NCBI GenBank assembly: GCA_035457825.1
Contig: DATIAY010000171.1
Location: 6,920 to 70,919 of the forward strand
Source: Candidatus Methylomirabilota bacterium
GTDB taxonomy: Bacteria; Methylomirabilota; Methylomirabilia; Rokubacteriales; CSP1-6
DNA: 64,000 bases
Direction of reading: 5' to 3'
Shown piece after piece: positions 1 to 8,401 of the stretch. Every line of letters begins with the position of its first letter. Position 1 is the first letter of the stretch. The notes under the pieces were generated by a model that searched no databases, was not told the DNA's origin, and saw only the letters and a program-made list of their open reading frames with translations. A program made the translations under genes and the position numbers.

Positions 1-1
1 G

Positions 2-625
2 CCCCTCATCGGTTTTGCCGGCGCGCCGTTCACGGTGGCCTCCTACCTCGTCGAGGGCGGGCCCGCGCGCGACTACCTGCACACCAAGCGGCTCATGCAT
101 GAGGAGCCCGAGGCCTGGCACCGCCTCATGGATCTGCTCGCCGAGGCCACCGCGCGCTACCTCAACGGCCAGATCGCGGCCGGCGCCGAGGTCGTGCAGC
201 TCTTCGACTCGTGGGTGGGCGTGCTCAGCCCGGCCGACTACCGCGCCTTCGTCCAGCCCCACGTCCGCGCCGTGATGAAGGCCCTGGTACCCGGTGTTCC
301 CGTCATCCATTTCGGGACGGGCACGGCGGGGTTGCTGGAGCCCATGCGTGACGCGGGCGGCCACGTGATCGGCCTCGATTGGCGCGTGGACCTCGACACC
401 GCCTGGGAGACCCTGGGTCCCGACGTCGCGGTGCAGGGTAACCTCGATCCCGCCGCGTTGCTGGCGCCGCCGGCAGTGTTCAAGGAGCGCGTGCGCGACA
501 TCCTGACCAGGGCCGGCCACCGGCCCGGGCATATCTTCAACCTTGGTCACGGTGTCCTGCCCCAGACCCCCGTGGACCACGCCCGCGCCCTCGTCGACAT
601 GGTCCACGAAATGAGCACCAAGTGA
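2..625 (+). CDS. hemE: uroporphyrinogen decarboxylase (5' end outside window)
   Basis: Reading frame runs from the window edge. Translation (FAGAPFTVASYLVEGGPARDYLHTKRLM...NLGHGVLPQTP) matches the C-terminal two-thirds of the UroD family. Confidence 0.85.
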   Translation, partial: PLIGFAGAPFTVASYLVEGGPARDYLHTKRLMHEEPEAWHRLMDLLAEATARYLNGQIAAGAEVVQLFDSWVGVLSPADYRAFVQPHVRAVMKALVPGVPVIHFGTGTAGLLEPMRDAGGHVIGLDWRVDLDTAWETLGPDVAVQGNLDPAALLAPPAVFKERVRDILTRAGHRPGHIFNLGHGVLPQTPVDHARALVDMVHEMSTK

Positions 626-636
626 AGACCCAACGC

Positions 637-766
637 AGCCACGCCGCACCTTGAGCAGGCCACCCTCGAAACTAGGCGGACTGGCGGGCCCCGCTACAGT
701 ACGGAGCCACGCCGCACCTTGAGCAGGCCACCCTCGAAACTAGGCGGACTGGCGGGCCCCGCTACA
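637..766 (+). repeat. tandem duplication of a 62-nt unit (period 68 nt, 2 copies) in the hemE-hemH spacer; copy 2 contains the hemH TTG start
   Basis: agccacgccgcacc-ttgagcaggccaccctcgaaactaggcggactggcgggccccgctaca occurs at 637-698 and 705-766. Confidence 0.7.
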
Positions 767-1726
767 ATAGATGCCGTTCTGCTGATCGCGTTTGGCGGTC
801 CCACCGCCCCGCACGAGATCCGCCCCTTTCTGGAAGTCGTCACACGAGGTCGGCGCATCCCACTGGAGCGATTGGAGGCGGTGGCCCGCCACTACGAGCA
901 GATGCCGGGCGGGCGGTCTCCGCTGAACGAATTGACCGACGCTCAGGCGCGCGCGCTGGCTGCGGCTCTGGCCGCCGAGGGGTCAGCGCTGCCGGTGTTC
1001 GTGGGCATGCGTAACTGGCGTCCCTGGCTTCGCGACACGCTGGCGGCGATGGCGGCCCACGGGCATCGCCAGGTTCTCGGCGTGATCCTCTCGCCGCTCC
1101 GCACCGAGGCCTCGTGGGAGCGCTACATGGCCGACGTGGCCCAGGCGCGGGCCGCGATCCCGGAGGCCCCGGACGTCGTGTTCGCTCCGGCCTGGTTCGA
1201 TCACCCCGGATTCGTCGAGGCCGTCGCCGACCGCTGCCGCCAGGCCTTCGCGCAGGTGCCGGCCGCCGCGCGTGGCGAAACGCCGCTCGTCTTCACCGCC
1301 CACAGTGTCCCCGTCGCCATGGCGGCGGCGTCGCCCTACGTCGCCGACTTCACGGCGGCGTCGCGCCAGGTCGCCTCGCGGCTCGGCCATGAGCGATGGT
1401 CGCTCGCCTATCAGAGCCGGAGCGGCAGTCCCGGTGAGCCCTGGCTCGAGCCCGACATCAACGACGTCGCGCGCGCGCTCGCCCGTGAGGGCGCTCGCCA
1501 CGTCGTCGTGGCGCCGATCGGGTTCGTGTGTGATCACGTAGAGGTGCTCTATGACCTCGACGTGGAGGCGTGCGCCACTGCCCGCGCCGCCGGGCTCGCC
1601 CTGCACCGCGCGCCGGCCGTCAACGACCATCCCGCGTTCATCGCCGCGCTCGCCGAGATCGTCCGCCGTCACGTGAACGGCCCGGGTGTGACGCCGCAGG
1701 CCGGCCCCGGGGCGGGGCGGCGATGA
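719..1726 (+). CDS. hemH: ferrochelatase (possibly coproporphyrin ferrochelatase)
   Basis: VLLIAFGGPTAPHEI N-terminus and FTAHSVP / VAPIGFVCDHVEVLYDLD motifs. TTG start at 719; no in-frame ATG upstream of the conserved N-terminus. Confidence 0.85.
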   Translation: MSRPPSKLGGLAGPATIDAVLLIAFGGPTAPHEIRPFLEVVTRGRRIPLERLEAVARHYEQMPGGRSPLNELTDAQARALAAALAAEGSALPVFVGMRNWRPWLRDTLAAMAAHGHRQVLGVILSPLRTEASWERYMADVAQARAAIPEAPDVVFAPAWFDHPGFVEAVADRCRQAFAQVPAAARGETPLVFTAHSVPVAMAAASPYVADFTAASRQVASRLGHERWSLAYQSRSGSPGEPWLEPDINDVARALAREGARHVVVAPIGFVCDHVEVLYDLDVEACATARAAGLALHRAPAVNDHPAFIAALAEIVRRHVNGPGVTPQAGPGAGRR

Positions 1727-3141
1727 GGCTGGTTGTGATCGGCGGCGGCATCGCGGGACTCGCCGCCGCGCACCGGGCGGTGGAGCTCGCCCGCGAGCGA
1801 AGCATCCCGCTCGACCTCACGGTCCTGGAGGCCCGCGATCGCCTGGGCGGCACCATCGAGACCGAGCGCGCGGGCGGCTTTCTCATCGAGGCGGGCCCGG
1901 ACTCGTTCCTGTCCGAGAAGCCCTGGGCCCTGGCCCTCTGCCGCCGCCTCGGGCTCGAGCCACGTCTCGTCGGCACCGACGACCGGTTCCGACGCACGTT
2001 CGTCTGGTTCCGCGGCCGCCTGCACCCGCTGCCGGAAGGGTTCCAGTTGTTGGCGCCGACCCGGCTCCGCCCCTTTCTCGCCTCACGCCTCCTGTCCTGG
2101 CCGGGGAAAGCGCGGATGGCCCTCGACGTGATCTTACCGCGCGGCGCGGCCGGTGATGACGAGAGCCTGGGGGCGTTCGTGCGTCGCCGGCTGGGGCGGG
2201 AGGCCCTCGAGCGTGTGGCCCAGCCGCTCGTGGCCGGGATCTACACCGCCGACCCCGAAGAGCTGAGCCTGCGAGCGACGATGCCCCGCTTCCTCGAGCT
2301 GGAGCGGGCGCAACGCAGTCTCATCATCGGGCTCTGGCGAGCCAGCCGGGGTGGGCCGGCGGCGTCGGGCACCAGCGGGGCGCGCTGGAGCCTCTTTGTC
2401 ACGCTAAGCGATGGGATGGGAGAGCTGGTGCACGCGCTGGCCGCGCGCCTGCCGGCCGGCGCCGTCCATCTCAAGCGGCGCGTCACCGGCGTCGTGCGTC
2501 GCGCGGCGGCCTGGGCCGTCGATGGCGGGGGGCCCACCGTCGAGGCCGACCGCGTGATCGTCGCCGTCGAGGCGCACGCGGCGAGCCGGCTCCTCCGCTA
2601 CGTCGATCCCTCATTGACCACCTTGCTGCAGGTGATCCCCTATGCGTCGTCGGCGACCGTCTCGCTCGGCTACCAGCGCGCCGCCATCCGGCATCCGCTC
2701 GACGGCTTCGGGTTCGTGGTACCGCGGGTGGAGGGTCAAGCGCTACTGGCATGCACGTTTTCGAGCGTGAAGTACCCCGGACGCGCCCCCGACGGACACG
2801 TCCTGCTCCGCTGCTTCCTGGGCGGTGCTCTGAACGCGGGCATCCTCGAGCGCGATGACGATGAGCTGGTCCGCCTGGCCGGCCAGGAGCTAGCCGCCGC
2901 TCTCGGCCTAGTTGGCGAGCCCATTCTGATCCGCGTGGCCCGTCATCCCGCGGCGATGCCGCAGTACGTGATCGGCCACCTCAGGACGCTGGAGGCGATC
3001 GACCAACGCCTGCAGGCGGCCCCTGGCCTCTACCTGGCCGGCTCCGCCTATCGGGGTATCGGCATCGCGGACTGTGTGAGGTCAGGCGAGGCCGCTGCCG
3101 AACGGGCACTCCTCGGGGACGCTGGTCGCGTGACGCAATGA
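1723..3141 (+). CDS. hemY: protoporphyrinogen/coproporphyrinogen III oxidase, HemY family
   Basis: MRLVVIGGGIAGLAAA Rossmann N-terminus. ATG overlaps the hemH stop (ATGA). FAD amine-oxidase fold motifs throughout. Confidence 0.85.
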   Translation: MRLVVIGGGIAGLAAAHRAVELARERSIPLDLTVLEARDRLGGTIETERAGGFLIEAGPDSFLSEKPWALALCRRLGLEPRLVGTDDRFRRTFVWFRGRLHPLPEGFQLLAPTRLRPFLASRLLSWPGKARMALDVILPRGAAGDDESLGAFVRRRLGREALERVAQPLVAGIYTADPEELSLRATMPRFLELERAQRSLIIGLWRASRGGPAASGTSGARWSLFVTLSDGMGELVHALAARLPAGAVHLKRRVTGVVRRAAAWAVDGGGPTVEADRVIVAVEAHAASRLLRYVDPSLTTLLQVIPYASSATVSLGYQRAAIRHPLDGFGFVVPRVEGQALLACTFSSVKYPGRAPDGHVLLRCFLGGALNAGILERDDDELVRLAGQELAAALGLVGEPILIRVARHPAAMPQYVIGHLRTLEAIDQRLQAAPGLYLAGSAYRGIGIADCVRSGEAAAERALLGDAGRVTQ

Positions 3142-3210
3142 GAGCCAGGCGGCGCCCGGGCTGGCGCATTGGGGCTCGATTTTCTCCGCCGGCTCGCATA
3201 GTGTAGCGAC

Positions 3211-3690
3211 GTGCCAGAGCCCCTGAGCCCCAGCGCCCAGAAGGTCCAGGACGCGTTGACCGCGCTGGGCTTCGCCTGTCAGGTCGTGGAGTCGCCCCAG
3301 CCCACGCGAACCGCGGCCGACGCCGCCAGGCTCGTGGGCTGCCAGGTGGGCCAGATCGCCAAGTCGCTCGTATTCTGCGGCCGGCAGTCGGCGCGGCCGG
3401 TGCTGATCATCGCCAGCGGGGCCAACCAGGTCAACGAGTGGCAGATCGGCGTACTGCTGAAGGAGGCCCTGGACAAGGCGAAGCCGGCCTTCGTTCGCGA
3501 GCATACGGGATTCGCCATCGGCGGGGTGCCGCCCGTGGGTCACCCCAAACCGCTCGACACGTTCATCGATCAGGATCTCCTGAAGCATCAGGAGATCTGG
3601 GCAGCCGCCGGCACTCCCAACGCGCTCTTCCGGCTCTCTCCTCAGGACCTGGTCAGGATGACCGGCGGCCGCGTGGTGAAGGTCACCTAG
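3211..3690 (+). CDS. YbaK/ProX-type aminoacyl-tRNA deacylase
   Basis: 159 aa; KSLVFCG...GFAIGGVPPVGHP resembles YbaK/ProX-family deacylases. Confidence 0.7.
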   Translation: MPEPLSPSAQKVQDALTALGFACQVVESPQPTRTAADAARLVGCQVGQIAKSLVFCGRQSARPVLIIASGANQVNEWQIGVLLKEALDKAKPAFVREHTGFAIGGVPPVGHPKPLDTFIDQDLLKHQEIWAAAGTPNALFRLSPQDLVRMTGGRVVKVT

Positions 3691-3718
3691 GCTCCGACCC
3701 GTGCTTGAGGTCGTCACC

Positions 3719-3919
3719 ATGCGGGAGATCGATGCGATCTTCGCCATCACCGACGCTCTCGGCATCCACCGCGAGATGCTGGTGATCCCGCTGGGGCCGG
3801 CCTCCCCCGGCCGCGTGCGCCGGCTGCCCGGCGGCAAGCTGGAGATCATCGTGGAGGCCAACCGGCCCATCGAGGAGTGGGTCAAGGAGCTGCCCGCTCT
3901 CATCGCCGCCGTGCGGTGA
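3719..3919 (+). CDS. small hypothetical protein (66 aa)
   Basis: ATG at 3719 sits 9 nt after GAGGT. Its stop TGA (3917-3919) overlaps a GTG (3916) that can start the downstream permease. Confidence 0.4.
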   Translation: MREIDAIFAITDALGIHREMLVIPLGPASPGRVRRLPGGKLEIIVEANRPIEEWVKELPALIAAVR

Positions 3920-5271
3920 GCTCCCGACTCAAGCGGGAGCTCGGTCTTCTGCCGTTGGCGGCGATCGTCTTCTTCAACGTGAGCGGAGGGCCCTACGGCA
4001 TCGAGGACATGGTGCCGTCTTTCGGCCCCGGGCTTACCCTGCTGCTGCTCGTCCTCACACCATTGCTCTGGAGCCTGCCTGTATCGCTGGCTATGTCGGA
4101 GCTCGCTTCGGCCATGCCCGACGAGGGCGGCTACGTCACGTGGACTACCCGCGCGTTCGGCCCGTTCTGGGGGTTCCAGGTGGGGTGGTGGTCCTGGGTC
4201 GATTCCTTTCTCGACGTGGCCGTCTACCCGGCGCTCTTCGTGGAGTACATGGGGTTCTGGTACGGCGGGATGACGACGCCCGAGCGCTGGCTGCTCGCGC
4301 TCGGCTTCATCGTCGTGCTGACCGGGCTCAATGTGCTGGGGGTCCGCCCAGCCGGCCGCAGCGCGGTCGTGCTGGCCCTCGGGGCGCTGCTACCGGTGCT
4401 GGCGCTGGTCGCGGTCGGGCTGGCCACGCCCCGGGTGGCGCCATGGACACCCTTCGCCGTCGAGGGCCAGAGCCTGAGCGCCGGGCTCGGCCTGGGCCTG
4501 GCCGTCGTGATGTGGAATTACTCCGGGTGGGACACACCCTCGACGTGCCTCGGCGAGACCCGGGCGCCCGAGCATGCGTTCCGCAAGGCTTTGTTCCTGA
4601 CTTTGCCGGTCATCGCCGCCGGCTACATGCTGCCGGTGGCGGTCGTGCTGGCCAGTGACGGGGTAGCCTGGTCGGAGTGGACGACGGGGGCGCTGCCACG
4701 TATCGCCGAGGCCATGGGTGGGCCCTGGCTCGGCCACGCGGTGGCGGCCGGGGCCGTGGTGAGCACGGCCGGCCTCTTCCTGTCTCTGCTCCTCACGAAT
4801 TCCCGCCTGCCCTATGTCCTGGCCCGGGACGGCTACATGCCCCCCGCGCTGAGCCTGGTCCACCGGCGCTTCGGCACACCATGGGTCGCCCTCACCGTAT
4901 CGTCGGCGATCTACTCGCTTTTCGCCGTCTTTTCGTTCAAGGAGCTGATCGTCCTCAACATCTGGCTTTACTCGCTCAGCCTGATTGTGGAACTGGCGGC
5001 GTTCCTCTGGTTGCGCCGGGTCGCGCCTGACCTGCCCCGACCCTGGCGGGTGCCGGGCGGCTGGGGAGCCGCCATCGTCGTGGCCGGCCTGCCGGCGCTC
5101 TTCGTGGCGGCCGCCATGGCAACGGCCGGGTGGATGAACACGGGCGCCGGTGTGGCCGCGGCCCTCACGGGGCCGCTGGCGTGGGTGGCGCTCCGCCGGC
5201 GCCGGCCGTCGAGTTTGGCGGCTTCCGCCGGGGCCGCGGAGTACCCTGGAGGCCGGGAGGGCCGGTTATGA
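3916..5271 (+). CDS. APC-family amino acid permease
   Basis: Twelve-TM profile, FFNVSGGPYGIEDMV motif. Start uncertain (GTG 3916 or ATG 3877). Confidence 0.8.
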   Translation: MSSRLKRELGLLPLAAIVFFNVSGGPYGIEDMVPSFGPGLTLLLLVLTPLLWSLPVSLAMSELASAMPDEGGYVTWTTRAFGPFWGFQVGWWSWVDSFLDVAVYPALFVEYMGFWYGGMTTPERWLLALGFIVVLTGLNVLGVRPAGRSAVVLALGALLPVLALVAVGLATPRVAPWTPFAVEGQSLSAGLGLGLAVVMWNYSGWDTPSTCLGETRAPEHAFRKALFLTLPVIAAGYMLPVAVVLASDGVAWSEWTTGALPRIAEAMGGPWLGHAVAAGAVVSTAGLFLSLLLTNSRLPYVLARDGYMPPALSLVHRRFGTPWVALTVSSAIYSLFAVFSFKELIVLNIWLYSLSLIVELAAFLWLRRVAPDLPRPWRVPGGWGAAIVVAGLPALFVAAAMATAGWMNTGAGVAAALTGPLAWVALRRRRPSSLAASAGAAEYPGGREGRL

Positions 5272-6245
5272 GCGGGGTCGTCACCTGCGCCGCCTATGCC
5301 GGAGGTCGACGCGTCGCCGACGTCACGCTGGATGACATCAGCGAAGTCTTGAAGCAGGACGATGAGCGGTTCATCTGGATCGGGCTTCATGGGCCTGACG
5401 AGCCGTTGCTCAGGAAGGTGCAAGCCGAATTCGGGCTGCACGACCTCGCCATCGAGGACGCGCTTCGGGCGCACCAGCGGCCCAAGCTCGAGCTCTATGA
5501 CGGCTCCCTGTTCGTGGTGCTGCGCACGGTCCGGATGGAGCCGGGCCGACAGCTCGAGACAGGCGAGACGCACATCTTCGTGGGGCCACGTTACATCATC
5601 TCCGTTCGTCACGGGTCGTCCCTCTCCTATTCCGCCGTCCGCACCCGGTGCGAAGCCAATCCGGAGCTGCTGGCCCTGGGGCCCGGCTTTGTGCTCTACG
5701 CCCTCATGGACTTCATCGTCGACCAGTACTTCCCGGTGGTCGAGACGCTGGAAGACCAGCTCGAGGGTCTCGAGCAGGAGATCTTCGAGGAGCGCTTCGA
5801 TCGGACCACCACAACGCGGATCTACCGCCTCAAGCGTGAGCTGCTCGAGCTCAAGCACGCCGCCTCGCCCCTGGTCGACATCGGTAACCGGCTGATGCGC
5901 TTCGACCTGGCCTTGATCCCCGAGGCTGCCCGGCCCTACTTCCGCGACGTCTCCGACCACGTGGTGCGCATCAACGAAATGCTCGACACACTGCGCGAGT
6001 TGCTGACCACGGCGCTGGAGGCTAACCTCTCGCTGATCTCCGTCTCCCAGGCCGACGTGGTCAAGCGACTCACGAGCTGGGGCGCGATCATCGCCGTCCC
6101 CACCCTGGTCGCCAGCATCTACGGCATGAACTTTCACGTCATGCCCGAGCTGCACTGGTGGTTCGGCTATCCCTTCGCCCTGACCCTCATGCTGAGTATC
6201 TGCGGGTTCCTCTTCTACCGTTTCAAGCGCGCCGGCTGGCTTTAG
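5268..6245 (+). CDS. corA: magnesium/cobalt transporter CorA
   Basis: GMNF signature (IYGMNFHVMPEL) and two C-terminal TM helices. ATG overlaps the permease stop (ATGA). Confidence 0.85.
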   Translation: MSGVVTCAAYAGGRRVADVTLDDISEVLKQDDERFIWIGLHGPDEPLLRKVQAEFGLHDLAIEDALRAHQRPKLELYDGSLFVVLRTVRMEPGRQLETGETHIFVGPRYIISVRHGSSLSYSAVRTRCEANPELLALGPGFVLYALMDFIVDQYFPVVETLEDQLEGLEQEIFEERFDRTTTTRIYRLKRELLELKHAASPLVDIGNRLMRFDLALIPEAARPYFRDVSDHVVRINEMLDTLRELLTTALEANLSLISVSQADVVKRLTSWGAIIAVPTLVASIYGMNFHVMPELHWWFGYPFALTLMLSICGFLFYRFKRAGWL

Positions 6246-6311
6246 ATCCTCCCCCTCAGGATCCGGTCGCGCGGACCGGGCCCGCGCGCTAAGTGTGAAA
6301 CGGAGAGGTTT

Positions 6312-6341
6312 GGAGGGGGCAGTCTCTTCTCCGCCCCCTGC
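6312..6341. terminator. GC-rich hairpin (AGGGGGC-N12-GCCCCCT) between convergent corA and ferredoxin genes; candidate bidirectional terminator
   Basis: Inverted repeat read directly; a second palindrome (GATCCT-N7-AGGATC) abuts the corA stop at 6245-6263. Confidence 0.3.
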
Positions 6342-6351
6342 AACTTCACAG

Positions 6352-6717
6352 TCAGAGATTGTCGTCGATCACGGCCGCCAGGCAGTCCAGAGTGCCCAGC
6401 GAGTAGACGTAGGTCCGCCATCCGATCGCGATCCCGTCCGGCGGCTCACCCGCCCGCGGCGCCGGGTAGATGGTGACACTCACGTTCGGCCCGCTCCCGC
6501 TACAGCCGCCGGCGCAGGCCTCGCGCACGCGGACGCGATCGCTCAGGCCCCGCGCCCGTATCAGCTCGTCGAGGTGCTGTCGGATCATCCGGGCATCCAT
6601 CGGCACGGCGCGGAGTCCGGACCTCACGGACAGGCTGACGAGCCCGGCCTCCAGAGGGCACACATTGATGACGAGCCGTCGCGATCGGCCGCCGCCCTTC
6701 TGCGACCGCCGGGTCAC
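6352..6717 (-). CDS. thioredoxin-like [2Fe-2S] ferredoxin domain protein
   Basis: C-terminal VRVREACAGGCSGSGPNVSVTIYP...GWRTYVY matches the thioredoxin-like 2Fe-2S ferredoxin fold. GTG at 6717 is preceded by AAGGAG and overlaps the upstream gene's stop (GTGA). Confidence 0.5.
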   Translation of the reverse strand: MTRRSQKGGGRSRRLVINVCPLEAGLVSLSVRSGLRAVPMDARMIRQHLDELIRARGLSDRVRVREACAGGCSGSGPNVSVTIYPAPRAGEPPDGIAIGWRTYVYSLGTLDCLAAVIDDNL

Positions 6718-7616
6718 CTTCGCCGCTCCTTGCTCGCCCTGCGTCCTCTCGCCGGAAGGGCGCGTTCGTGTGCCGCGAGCCGTCCGGCCAACCCGGCCGC
6801 TGCTGCCACCGGCTCCGCGCACGGCGACTGCCAGTGGGCGGGCAGCCCCGCGAGCCTGACCGCCCGCTTGAGCCCGGCCCGGAACCACGCATCGGCGCAC
6901 ACGCTGCCCGCCCAACTCAACGTCACCGGCCGGCCCAAGCGCAGCCGTTTTGCCACGTCGGCCGCCTGCGCTGCCAGGTGGCCTTGCCCGGCCCGCACGA
7001 TGGCGCGAGCACGCGCGTCGCCACGCCGAGCGCGCCGGATCACGGCGGGTGCCAGCGCGGCGACGCGCACGACGGCATCCGGACCCGTCACCAGGCGGCG
7101 CGCCGGACGGAAGTCCTCGCCTCGCGAGGTGATGCGCAGCCACTGCTGACCTAGCCAGAAGGCCGAGCCCTCATCACCCAGCAGGGGTCCGAGTCCACCG
7201 GCCCGCGCCCATCGGCCACCGGGGTTCCGGCCGATCACGATTGATCCGGTACCGCTGAGGATCAGCACACCCGGGCGCTCCCCGAGCGCGCCAAGATGCG
7301 CGGCCTGCGCATCGGAGAGGACGACGACGCGCCGGGCGAAGTTGCCGAGCCGGCGAGCGAGCGCGCGCCGCTCGCCGGCGGTCCACACGCCGCGCGAAGC
7401 CACGACCAGGGCTCCGACGGTGCGCGCCGTCCAGCTGCGCCGTCGCCAGAGCGCACGAAAGAGCGAGCCGACTTCACCGACCGGCGCCGCCCGGGCTGTG
7501 AAGCGCGCCAGTGGTCTGTCGCCGCGCATCGCCTGGGCGCGCAGCCACGTCGCGCCGAGGTCGACGCCGACAGCGATTGCGGGAACGCGATCCTTGCCCT
7601 GTCGAATCATGAACAT
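6714..7616 (-). CDS. BadF/BadG/BcrA/BcrD-family ATPase (GlcNAc/MurNAc-kinase-like)
   Basis: AIAVGVDLGATWLR N-terminal phosphate-1 motif, ILSGTGSIVIG and GDEGSAFWLG motifs of the acetate/sugar kinase superfamily. Confidence 0.65.
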   Translation of the reverse strand: MFMIRQGKDRVPAIAVGVDLGATWLRAQAMRGDRPLARFTARAAPVGEVGSLFRALWRRRSWTARTVGALVVASRGVWTAGERRALARRLGNFARRVVVLSDAQAAHLGALGERPGVLILSGTGSIVIGRNPGGRWARAGGLGPLLGDEGSAFWLGQQWLRITSRGEDFRPARRLVTGPDAVVRVAALAPAVIRRARRGDARARAIVRAGQGHLAAQAADVAKRLRLGRPVTLSWAGSVCADAWFRAGLKRAVRLAGLPAHWQSPCAEPVAAAAGLAGRLAAHERALPARGRRASKERRR

Positions 7617-7754
7617 GAACGTGCCGTCCTGTCCGTATTGTCGGTCACCCGCGGGCGGGACAGCCGGGAAATCGAGCGCTTAGAAATGCGCCGGCGTGGC
7701 ACGGTCAATGCTCCCACAATCAGTGCCGAAGGAACGCGGCAAAGGGGAAAGAAA

Positions 7755-8375
7755 ATGGGCAGGGCATTGGCCGCCTGGTTGTTGATCGCTACGGCTGGCG
7801 CGCAGAGCATGACACCTCGCGATGTCGTGCAGTCTGCGGTGAGCCGCGTGGTCCAAACGATCGAGGCGGCGGCGAGCCGCCCCGAGCCCGCGCGGGCCGG
7901 ACGTTCTCAGACGCCGGCCCCGCGCATGGAGATCAGGCGGCTCGCCGCTGAACTGTTCGACTTCGGCGAGGTCGGGCGGCGAGCCCTCGGCCGGCACTGG
8001 ACCGGCCGGAGCCCGGAGGAACAGACGGAGTTCATCGCGCTGTTCACCGAGCTCCTCGAGCGGGCCTACGTCGGCAAGATCGAGGCCTATTCGGGTGAGC
8101 AGATCCTCTACACGAACGAGGTCGTCGACGGCGATTACGCGGTCGTGCGCTCCCGGGTCAACACCAGGCGGCGGGCCGAGATCGCCCTCGACTACCGGCT
8201 GCATCGGACCGACGGCGGGTGGAAGGTCTACGACGTTCTCATCGATGGCGTTAGCTTCGTCTCCACGTACCGGAGTGAGTTCAACCGGATCATCCAGCTT
8301 CACTCCTGGGACGAGCTGATGGATCGGCTGCGCAACAAGCAGATCCCCGCTCGCACCGCTACCGACCGCAGCTGA
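7755..8375 (+). CDS. mlaC: MlaC/Ttg2D-family periplasmic phospholipid-binding protein
   Basis: Signal peptide MGRALAAWLLIATAGAQS and the MlaC-family C-terminus GGWKVYDVLIDGVSFVSTYRSEF. RBS AAAGGGGA upstream of the ATG. Confidence 0.75.
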   Translation: MGRALAAWLLIATAGAQSMTPRDVVQSAVSRVVQTIEAAASRPEPARAGRSQTPAPRMEIRRLAAELFDFGEVGRRALGRHWTGRSPEEQTEFIALFTELLERAYVGKIEAYSGEQILYTNEVVDGDYAVVRSRVNTRRRAEIALDYRLHRTDGGWKVYDVLIDGVSFVSTYRSEFNRIIQLHSWDELMDRLRNKQIPARTATDRS

Positions 8376-8401
8376 CGCTGTCCTCCGCAGTATGATGGGG
8401 C

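Noticed and set aside
3142-3210. Intrinsic terminator after hemY
   Set aside because: Only a weak 5-bp stem (GCCAG...CTGGC) followed by a short T-run; not convincing enough to call.
6718-7143. N-terminal 140 codons of the 263-aa minus-strand ORF containing the ferredoxin
   Set aside because: This part overlaps the BadF-family gene in another frame and is Arg/Gly-rich. Only the C-terminal 121 codons, from GTG 6717 with an AAGGAG RBS, are credible.
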